Source: Cylindrospermopsis raciborskii Cr2010 (GTDB lineage Bacteria > Cyanobacteriota > Cyanobacteriia > Cyanobacteriales > Nostocaceae). Taken from it: DNA of 32,000 nucleotides. Positions 18,224 to 25,512 of the stretch are shown here, one piece after another; position 1 is the first letter of the stretch; the number at the start of each line of letters is the position of its first letter. The notes beneath the pieces are model-generated. The model saw nothing but the letters and a program-made list of their open reading frames with translations. It was not told the origin of the DNA and did no database searches. A program made the translations under genes and the position numbers. Location: positions 1,140,001 through 1,172,000 of the forward strand of contig NZ_CP065936.1 of NCBI RefSeq assembly GCF_003367075.2, in the 5' to 3' direction.

Positions 18224-19690
18224 TTAGTTTGGTTTTTTGCTTTTGTAGTCTTTGGGGGGATTAATAAATATTAAATCTCCCGTTTGTATTCCTGTTAAAA
18301 CCTGGGTCTCATTTTTTATTTGCGCTCCAATGCTAATTTCCCTAAACTCCGGTTTATTGTCACTATCCGGTACTAATACCCCCGTCTTACCATCTTCAGT
18401 GAGAATAGCAACTGTGGGAATGGTTATAGCATCTTCCAAGCGATCGCCTAAAAAGGTTACGTCCACATTTAAACCTGATCGTAACTTATCTCCACCATTG
18501 ACGATGAAAATCCTCACCTGGAAGGAGGTCACACCTTGTTCTATTACTGCTTCGGGTGCTATTAGGCGAACACGTCCTGTAAAAACCTGATCTGGATAAG
18601 CATCACTGATGATTTCTACTTGCTGTCCCTTTTTTATTCTAGCAATATCCGCTTCTGGAATTAGCGCTAACACTTCTAAACCTCTTGCTAAGGCCACAAT
18701 TGAGCTGGAGGTGGCTGATGTACTACTAGAAGCGGAAGTTGTGGGGGTAACAAAAGCACCGATATTGGCGTATTTTTGAGTAATGATTCCCGCGAAGGGA
18801 GCGCGAATAATGGTATCTTCCAATTGAACCTGTTGTCGTTTTAATTGGGCTTTTGCTGCTTCCACCACTGCTGTGAGTCTGGCTATTTCCTGGGGACGAC
18901 TGCCATTTTGTAATTTTCTCAGTCCTTCTGTCTCCTGGGTAACCACTGCTTGCTGTCTTCTAATCTCCTGTTCACGATTGCCAGCTTCCTGTAGGGACAA
19001 TCGTTTTTCCGCTTCTCGTAAGTTGGATTTTGCCCTTTTATTTTCTGCGATGTACTGGTCTAAGGTGTCTTGGGAAATTGCCCCCTCCTTAGCCAATTTT
19101 TGATATCGGTTGAGTCTTGCTTGGGTTAGTTCTAACTGAGACCTGGCACCTTCTACACTCGCTTTTGCCTGTTCAATCTCTTGGGAACGACTACCTGAAC
19201 TAATTATTTCTAATTGGGCTTTTGCCTGGTTCACTCTGGCCTTAGCTTGGGCTATGTCTTCAACACGACTACCTGCTTCAGCATCTGCTAACTGCGCTTT
19301 TGCTTGTTCTAAATTGGCCTGGAATTGCAAAATTCCCATTCTGATCTCTGAATCATCCATACGGGCTATTATCTGTCCCTTTTCTACTTTTTCTCCCTGC
19401 TCTACGTTTAATTCTGCCAATAACCCAGCGTTTTTGGGACTCACATTGACACTTTGTATTGGTTGTACCTTACCGCTAGCTGTAATTCTCACGGTGAGAT
19501 CTTTGGCTTCTACTGGAACCGTTAGTTTGGTAATATCTGGTTTACGATTTTCAGAATTGCCAGCTTTTATGATGGTTGTTGCTCCCAATATTAACACCCC
19601 AGATGCCACGATCCCTATTATCCAACGCCAGGAATACTGGCCTTTTTTACCTATTAGGGGAATCTCAACGTGTTTACTTATGCTAACCAT
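18224..19690 (-). CDS. Periplasmic adaptor (membrane fusion protein), HlyD/DevB type
   Basis: 488 aa. N-terminal anchor WRWIIGIVASGVLILG, a lipoyl-like domain, and a long coiled coil with four G(S/N)RxxEI...A.V repeats. The C-terminal part is a beta-barrel. It lies 17 nt upstream of the permease gene. Confidence 0.88.
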   Translation of the reverse strand: MVSISKHVEIPLIGKKGQYSWRWIIGIVASGVLILGATTIIKAGNSENRKPDITKLTVPVEAKDLTVRITASGKVQPIQSVNVSPKNAGLLAELNVEQGEKVEKGQIIARMDDSEIRMGILQFQANLEQAKAQLADAEAGSRVEDIAQAKARVNQAKAQLEIISSGSRSQEIEQAKASVEGARSQLELTQARLNRYQKLAKEGAISQDTLDQYIAENKRAKSNLREAEKRLSLQEAGNREQEIRRQQAVVTQETEGLRKLQNGSRPQEIARLTAVVEAAKAQLKRQQVQLEDTIIRAPFAGIITQKYANIGAFVTPTTSASSSTSATSSSIVALARGLEVLALIPEADIARIKKGQQVEIISDAYPDQVFTGRVRLIAPEAVIEQGVTSFQVRIFIVNGGDKLRSGLNVDVTFLGDRLEDAITIPTVAILTEDGKTGVLVPDSDNKPEFREISIGAQIKNETQVLTGIQTGDLIFINPPKDYKSKKPN

Positions 19691-20003
19691 TTGTCCTCAC
19701 CTCTTTGTAGTTTTAATTAAATTAATGTCTGATTTAATAGGTCCTTTGGGTTTCAGTGATTTTTATTTACTTGTTTTGCCTAAGCTAGTACGAGTATTAA
19801 CTTCTCCTTGGGAACTGATTTTTGATAAATGGGTGTCTATTTATAATCATAGTTCATAATTCGTAATATTTCTTTAAGGAAGTGAAAATTTCCCACCCTG
19901 TGATTTTTTTACATCTAGGAGTAGAATTTTTGATGTTGTTTCAGGTAAAAATCGTCTAAGCTATGGTAAAGAAGATTTAATTTATGACTTAAGAGGCGGT
20001 AGT

Positions 20004-20882
20004 GTGCCGAAATACCTTGGTTTAATCTCTGTTTTAGTTGTCTGTGGTTTATCCAGTCTACCCGATCCTGTTCAAGCACAGGCACTTCTCCCGTATGCTA
20101 TACAACTCAATAGGGCAAATTTAGAAAAGCAAGGGTTAAGACTAGCCCAGGAAGCAGCCCAACTGGCTCGACTTGATCAGTTTGAGCTGGCCATACCCAG
20201 AGCTAAAATGGCCGTGCAATTGGCACCAACAAATGACAAAGTATGGTTTTTGTTAAGTCAGTTACATGTACAAAGAAAGGATTTCCCAGAAGCGATCGCC
20301 TCTTTGACACAAGCCCAAAAACTCAACCCCAATAATCCCGATATTTTATTTGCCCTGGGATCAGCTAATTTCCAACAGAAAAATTATCAACTTTCAGTAA
20401 AATACTATCAATCAGGGTTAAAATTAAGACCAAATGATCCGGAAGGATTATTTAATTTGGGTAATACCTATTACATGTTGGGTAGATTACCAGAAGCGAT
20501 CGCCCAACTTAACCAAGCTGCTAATCAAGACAAGAAGTTCTGGCCAGCAATTAATAACATTGGTCTAATTAAATACGAACAGGGAGACGTAAAGGGTGCC
20601 ATTAAAGAATGGGAAAAAGCAATTGCCATAGACCAGAGAGCAGCGGAAGCTCTCTTAGCGTTAGCAGTAGCTCTTTACACCCGGGGTGAAAGTCAACAGG
20701 GGTTAACCAAGGGAGAACAGGCCCTAAAAATAGATCAAAGGTATGCGGATCTTGACTTTCTCAAAGAAAATCTCTGGGGAACAAAGTTACTGTTAGATGC
20801 TAAAAAGTTTTTAGAACTACCTGAGATTAGATCAGCTCTAGAACCGAAAGAAGAGACACCTAGCCCAACAGACAATCAGTAG
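20004..20882 (+). CDS. Exported TPR-repeat protein
   Basis: 292 aa with a GTG start and AAGAGG 5 nt upstream. Signal peptide: LGLISVLVVCGLSSLPDPVQA. TPR units recur, with EAIA motifs encoded on HIP1 sites. Confidence 0.8.
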   Translation: MPKYLGLISVLVVCGLSSLPDPVQAQALLPYAIQLNRANLEKQGLRLAQEAAQLARLDQFELAIPRAKMAVQLAPTNDKVWFLLSQLHVQRKDFPEAIASLTQAQKLNPNNPDILFALGSANFQQKNYQLSVKYYQSGLKLRPNDPEGLFNLGNTYYMLGRLPEAIAQLNQAANQDKKFWPAINNIGLIKYEQGDVKGAIKEWEKAIAIDQRAAEALLALAVALYTRGESQQGLTKGEQALKIDQRYADLDFLKENLWGTKLLLDAKKFLELPEIRSALEPKEETPSPTDNQ

Positions 20883-20889
20883 CAATGGA

Positions 20890-21300
20890 TCAAGACGATT
20901 CCCGGTTACCATTGAGGAGATTCATAACTTGAGCAATAAATTGCTGGTGATCAACAACTGGCTTAGAAATATAGTCATCAGCACCACTTTGTTTGAGAAA
21001 ATTCTCGCGATCGCCCTCCATAGCGTGAGCGGTGACAAGAATTACAGGTAGTCTTGCTGTTTGGGGGTGAGATTTTAACAGTTGTGTAATTTTGATTCCA
21101 TCCACAGACTCACCTTGATAAAGACTATGTGACAGAGAAACATCCATTAAAATCAAATCAGCTCCCCCTGATTGGGCGATGGTGATAACTTCTGCCACAT
21201 TTTCCGTGTGTTTTACCGCTAAACCAGCACGTTTGGTTAAAATCTTGGCAAAGACACGAGCATTAATCAGGTCATCTTCCACAATCAAAACTGTCTTCAT
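20890..21300 (-). CDS. Single-domain CheY-like response regulator receiver
   Basis: Receiver motifs: LIVEDD, phospho-acceptor context LILMDVSL, VTAH and SKP. The ORF track starts at 21312 (MEFF). The ATG at 21300 (MKTVLIVEDD) has a GGATGGA Shine-Dalgarno-like sequence upstream and matches the usual receiver N-terminus. Confidence 0.85.
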   Translation of the reverse strand: MKTVLIVEDDLINARVFAKILTKRAGLAVKHTENVAEVITIAQSGGADLILMDVSLSHSLYQGESVDGIKITQLLKSHPQTARLPVILVTAHAMEGDRENFLKQSGADDYISKPVVDHQQFIAQVMNLLNGNRESS

Positions 21301-21637
21301 GAAAAATTCCATCCAATTAGGTAGGTTTAGGTAGGTGAGGTAAAATAACCAAAGACTGTAGATAAATTCATAAGGATATGTATTAATGAAAATAATTTAC
21401 ATTAGTTTGAATTTCCTAAGTTTTAACCATAAAACAGCAGCAGCTATGGATTTCAGCCTAATAATCAATAATCTAGGGAGTGGAATCAATATCAGGGACA
21501 ATATGAGAGTTCTTTTTGCAAAAGAACTGTAAAAATTAGTTAGGAGATCCCATCTCCCATATATTTCAGTGGTGCAGCAGTTGTTAAAGTGTTCAATTAC
21601 AACGAGTTTTATATAGCTAGAATTCAGGGAAGAACTC

Positions 21638-24154
21638 ATGGCAGAACAGTTAAACCTTCTCAATACGGGACAGGTAGTTTCTACGGCCCTACACACAGAA
21701 ATGCAAAGGTCTTATTTAGAATATGCCATGAGTGTGATTGTAGGGCGAGCATTACCAGACGTACGGGACGGACTAAAGCCAGTACATAGACGAATTTTAT
21801 ATGCCATGCACGAATTGGGTTTAACACCAGATAGACCCTATCGAAAATGTGCCCGCGTAGTTGGTGATGTGTTGGGTAAATACCATCCCCATGGCGACCA
21901 AGCTGTATATGACGCTCTAGTGAGATTAGTACAGGATTTTTCCAGTCGTTATCCTCTATTGGGGGGACATGGTAATTTTGGCAGTGTGGATAATGATCCA
22001 CCAGCAGCAATGCGGTATACGGAAACCCGCTTGGCACCAATTGGTCATGAAGCAATGCTCCGGGAAATTGGCGAAGAAACAGTAGAATTCGTGGGTAACT
22101 TTGACAATTCCCAGCAGGAACCCACGGTTTTACCAGCTCAGTTGCCATTTTTGTTAATCAATGGTTGTGCTGGGATTGCTGTGGGAATGGCCACTAATAT
22201 TCCTCCCCATAATTTAGGGGAAATAGTCGATGGTTTAATCGCTTTAATTGACCATCCTGACCTAACGGAGGAAAAACTACTGGAATTAATTCCAGGTCCG
22301 GATTTTCCCACCGGTGGACAAATTGTTGGTAGTGGGGGAATCAAGGAAGCATACAATACGGGTAAAGGTGGCATTATCTTACGTGGTGTCGTTTCTCTAG
22401 AAGATATTGTCTCCACCCGAGGTGGAAGGCGTCGCACGGCAATTATCGTCACCGAATTACCCTATCAGGTCAATAAAGCAGGTTGGATTGAAAAGGTAGC
22501 TGATCTAGTTAATCAAGGTCGCTTACACGGAATTTCGGATTTGCGTGATGAGAGCGATCGCCAGGGAATGCGGGTAGTAATTGAACTCAAACGGGATGCT
22601 AACCCGGAGGAGGTAATTGGGCAGCTGTATCACCAAACGGCATTACAAACTACCTTTGGAGCCATTCTGCTAGCTTTAGTAGAAGGACAACCCCGTCAGT
22701 TAAGCCTGCGACAAATGTTACAGGAGTTCCTGCGTTTTCGGGAAGACACTCTTAACCGTCGTTACAGTTATGAGTTGGGCAAAGCTGAAAACCGAGCAAG
22801 TATAGTCGCTGGTTTATTGAAAGCTCTTTTTGCTGTGGATGAGGTAATTACAATCCTACGACAGTCCCCTGATGGTAGTACAGCCAAAATGGTCCTTTGT
22901 CAGCAATTGGATCTGACGGAAACTCAAGCTGATGCTATTTTGGCTATGCCATTACGTCGTTTAACCAGTTTAGAACGGCAAAATTTACAGGAAGAATTTG
23001 ATCAGCTCAATGAGCAGATTACTTCCCTGCGCAGACTCTTAGAAGACCGACGCGAGTTACTCAAATCCTTAAAAAAGGATTTACGAACTCTCAAACGTAA
23101 ATATGGGGATACCAGAAGAACTAAACTAATACCTGGGCAGATAGCTGTTAAAGCAGATAAAGTCAATAATCAGCCATCCTCTCCGGGAGAAAAGGAAAAA
23201 TCCAAAATTTCCCAGGAGGAACAACCACCAGAACCCGCCATTTTGGAATTTACCCACCGTGGCTACGTACGTCGTCTTGCTCCTGGTAGCAAAAAAGCTA
23301 AAGCTGAAACTATCATGGGAGACAATGATTTTCTCATTCAAACTGAAATAACTAATACCCACCAAGATCTATTGATTCTCAATACTAGTGGCAAAGTTTA
23401 TCCTGCGAAAGTGGGAGATATTTCCCCTATTAGTCCCCGTTCTCCCAGGGGAATACCATTAATTACCCTGCTCACTAACACAGCTCAAGGCAATGTGGAG
23501 GGGATTTTGGGTCGTTTTATTCTCCCGGAAACCAAAGATACTCATGACATGGTTATAGTAACCAAACAAGGAAGAATTAAGCGGCTTTCCTTAGAAGAAT
23601 TAACCAATGTTAGCAAGCGAGGAATAACCATATTAAAAGTAAAAGATGATGACCAATTGTGTTTTGCCCAGTTAACTAATCCTAATCACAATCTGATTTT
23701 AGCCAGTTCGGGAGGTCGTTGTTTACGTTTTGCCATTAACGATGACCAATTACCAGTTATGGGACGTGGCGCCATGGGTTTACAATCCCTCCGTATTCTT
23801 AAAAGTCAGCAAATTATAGGGTGTGTCGCGATTGGACAAGAAGAAAATTTATTGTTAGTGACCCAGGAGGGATATGCCAAGAAAATATCTAGTAGTAGTT
23901 TAAGAGCGGGTAATCGAGGTGATTTGGGTACACAGATGTTGAAGTTCCATAACAAAACCGATAACCTGGTGGCCATAACTAGGACTAATAGCAGTCAGGA
24001 AGTAGCACTGGTTACTAATAAAGATCGCGTGATCAAAACATCTATAGAATCCATACCCATCCTAGATAGGGACGCTAGGGGGGAGAACATCCTCCCCATG
24101 ACTAGGGATGAAATAATTACATCAGTAGTTTTAGTCCTAGAAACCGGAAGTTAA
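21638..24154 (+). CDS. Type IIA topoisomerase subunit A (GyrA/ParC family paralog, no GyrA-box seen)
   Basis: 838 aa. [39 protein letters not shown], and the catalytic Tyr in AAMRYTE. The C-terminal beta-pinwheel region begins [20 protein letters not shown], where GyrA proteins carry QRRGGKG. Confidence 0.9.
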   Translation: MAEQLNLLNTGQVVSTALHTEMQRSYLEYAMSVIVGRALPDVRDGLKPVHRRILYAMHELGLTPDRPYRKCARVVGDVLGKYHPHGDQAVYDALVRLVQDFSSRYPLLGGHGNFGSVDNDPPAAMRYTETRLAPIGHEAMLREIGEETVEFVGNFDNSQQEPTVLPAQLPFLLINGCAGIAVGMATNIPPHNLGEIVDGLIALIDHPDLTEEKLLELIPGPDFPTGGQIVGSGGIKEAYNTGKGGIILRGVVSLEDIVSTRGGRRRTAIIVTELPYQVNKAGWIEKVADLVNQGRLHGISDLRDESDRQGMRVVIELKRDANPEEVIGQLYHQTALQTTFGAILLALVEGQPRQLSLRQMLQEFLRFREDTLNRRYSYELGKAENRASIVAGLLKALFAVDEVITILRQSPDGSTAKMVLCQQLDLTETQADAILAMPLRRLTSLERQNLQEEFDQLNEQITSLRRLLEDRRELLKSLKKDLRTLKRKYGDTRRTKLIPGQIAVKADKVNNQPSSPGEKEKSKISQEEQPPEPAILEFTHRGYVRRLAPGSKKAKAETIMGDNDFLIQTEITNTHQDLLILNTSGKVYPAKVGDISPISPRSPRGIPLITLLTNTAQGNVEGILGRFILPETKDTHDMVIVTKQGRIKRLSLEELTNVSKRGITILKVKDDDQLCFAQLTNPNHNLILASSGGRCLRFAINDDQLPVMGRGAMGLQSLRILKSQQIIGCVAIGQEENLLLVTQEGYAKKISSSSLRAGNRGDLGTQMLKFHNKTDNLVAITRTNSSQEVALVTNKDRVIKTSIESIPILDRDARGENILPMTRDEIITSVVLVLETGS

Positions 24155-24251
24155 GTGGAATTAAATATAAGATCAACGCAGGTTGGGTTGAAGTATGAAA
24201 CCCAACACCCGCGTGGGTTAAACCCATCCTACAAATAATTGTGCCTCCCTA
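24152..24251 (+). repeat. Interspersed two-hairpin repeat, copy D
   Basis: TAAGTGGAATTAAATATAAGATCAACGCAGGTTGGGTTGAAGTATGAAACCCAACACCCGCGTGGGTTAAACCCATCCTACAAATAATTGTGCCTCCCTA. Its first three bases are the stop codon of the GyrA paralog. Confidence 0.85.
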
Positions 24252-24306
24252 ATTAACATTTCCAGAGAAATAGTTAAACGGGAATGTTGCATTTTTGAAA
24301 ATATTT

Positions 24307-24324
24307 GTTATATTAGTTTACATA
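24307..24324 (+). promoter_or_regulatory. HLR1-like direct repeat (candidate RpaB-type site) upstream of hli
   Basis: GTTATATT-AG-TTTACATA matches the published HLR1 consensus (G/T)TTACA(T/A)(T/A)-N2-(G/T)TTACA(T/A)(T/A) at 15 of 16 positions. It ends 41 nt upstream of the hli ATG. Confidence 0.45.
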
Positions 24325-24364
24325 AGACAATAAAACTTAGTAAACTCAAACTGGAGTGCGAACC

Positions 24365-24544
24365 ATGAGTAATGCAGCAAAAACCACTAGCTCCGTACCA
24401 GAAGACCGCAATGCATGGCGTTGGGGGTTCACTCCCCAAGCTGAGATCTGGAATGGTCGCTTGGCCATGATTGGTTTTGTATCAGCAACCTTAATTGAGT
24501 TGTTTTCTGGTCAAGGCTTCCTACATTTTTGGGGTATTTTGTAG
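24365..24544 (+). CDS. hli: High-light-inducible protein (Hlip/Scp, one-helix CAB family)
   Basis: A single helix carries the chlorophyll-binding motif [13 protein letters not shown]. The ATG at 24365 (MSNAAKTT) is preceded by GGAG and is preferred over the ORF-track GTG at 24356. Confidence 0.88.
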   Translation: MSNAAKTTSSVPEDRNAWRWGFTPQAEIWNGRLAMIGFVSATLIELFSGQGFLHFWGIL

Positions 24545-24572
24545 ATTTTGAGACTTAGAGTTTTTCCCTGAG

Positions 24573-24599
24573 AACCTGGTAGTTACTAGCTACCAGGTT
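24573..24599 (+). terminator. Hairpin downstream of hli (possible terminator, weak U-tract)
   Basis: AACCTGGTAG (24573-24582) pairs with CTACCAGGTT (24590-24599). The hairpin is followed by AATTTCAT, so the T-tract is poor. Confidence 0.4.
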
Positions 24600-24709
24600 A
24601 ATTTCATATCCAACATCATCTCTAGGTAAACAGAGCGACCTACATTTTATGAAATGTCAGTGCTTCGCCAGATCCCTCCCGATCGCCCTTTATTGTGTCC
24701 TAGACCCAG

Positions 24710-24759
24710 GATCTCGTAGGTTGGGTTGAGTTTAATACGAAACCCAACGGACCCACAGG
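24710..24759 (+). repeat. Interspersed repeat, copy E (hairpin-1 core only)
   Basis: GATCTCGTAGGTTGGGTTGAGTTTAATACGAAACCCAACGGACCCACAGG. It has the same loop variant as copy B and lacks both termini. Confidence 0.7.
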
Positions 24760-24871
24760 ATATAAAGAATTACTCCTAACCGAGAAGCATCTTTTAACTG
24801 TGACTTACCAAACAGCGTGCTTTAAAATTAGGAATAGTCCAAACTAACCGCAGGATAAGTAAGGTAATAGA

Positions 24872-25336
24872 ATGGAAACCAAATCATCACAGGTGCAACC
24901 CACCTTATATGACAGTGATTACCATCTCTGGATACTCAAAACTGTAAAACAACTGGAGAGTCGTGACTTTAACTCCGTTGACTGGAATAACTTAATCGAT
25001 GAGGTGCGGGATTTGAGCAGACGGGAGAAAAGACGCATGCAAAGTTTGCTCACCCTGTTAATAGAACACCTGTTGAAAAGCACTTACTGGGAGTCAGAAA
25101 AACCGACAAATTTAGCGCATTGGCAAGCCGAAATCACTAACTTTCGTAAACAGATCAAAAGAGAATTAAAAGCGAGTCCTAGCCTCAATACCTATCTAAA
25201 AGAGATATTCATAGAATGTTATCAAGACGCAAGGGAAATTGCTGCCAGGCGATCGCAATTACCGCTCACCACTTTCCCCGTCGAACCTATTACTAACCTG
25301 GAGACAATTTTAAATGAGAATTGGTTTCCGATTTAA
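24872..25336 (+). CDS. DUF29 family protein (second paralog)
   Basis: 154 aa containing YDSDYHLWILKTVKQL, DWNNLIDEVRDLS, LIEHLLKSTYW and W..EI.NFRKQIK. These are the same motif positions as in the protein at 13836..14258. Confidence 0.8.
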   Translation: METKSSQVQPTLYDSDYHLWILKTVKQLESRDFNSVDWNNLIDEVRDLSRREKRRMQSLLTLLIEHLLKSTYWESEKPTNLAHWQAEITNFRKQIKRELKASPSLNTYLKEIFIECYQDAREIAARRSQLPLTTFPVEPITNLETILNENWFPI

Positions 25337-25360
25337 AATTATGGATCTTTACTCAGCAAG

Positions 25361-25407
25361 TAGGGAGGCACAATTATTTGTAGGATGGGTCTCGTTCCTC
25401 GACCCAT
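25361..25407 (-). repeat. Interspersed repeat, copy F (right-end module only, reverse orientation)
   Basis: The reverse complement reads ATGGGTCGAGGAACGAGACCCATCCTACAAATAATTGTGCCTCCCTA. This is hairpin 2 plus the conserved right terminus. Confidence 0.75.
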
Positions 25408-25512
25408 TTCGCAATCGCTCTTTTCATTATAATTACCACATTTTTTGAGTTATGCATCATATTTGTTGTGTTTTAATCCACAAATGAAATATTGTTCCTG
25501 ATTTTTCCAAAA

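Noticed and set aside
19788-19801. NtcA-like site GTA-N8-AAC about 100 bp upstream of the DevB-like gene.
   Set aside because: Only one half-site matches the GTA-N8-TAC consensus, and no suitably spaced -10 box could be verified by eye. The support is too weak to call.
21397-21789. ORFs 21397..21696(-) and 21589..21789(+) in the receiver / GyrA-paralog divergent region.
   Set aside because: Both overlap the well-supported N-terminus of the GyrA paralog or its promoter region, and neither has recognisable features. They are probably non-coding.
24152-25407. Possible CRISPR array suggested by several repeat copies close together.
   Set aside because: The copies are about 50-100 nt long, differ in extent and orientation, are irregularly spaced and are separated by real genes (hli, DUF29). 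The window has no short regularly spaced direct repeats and no cas genes.
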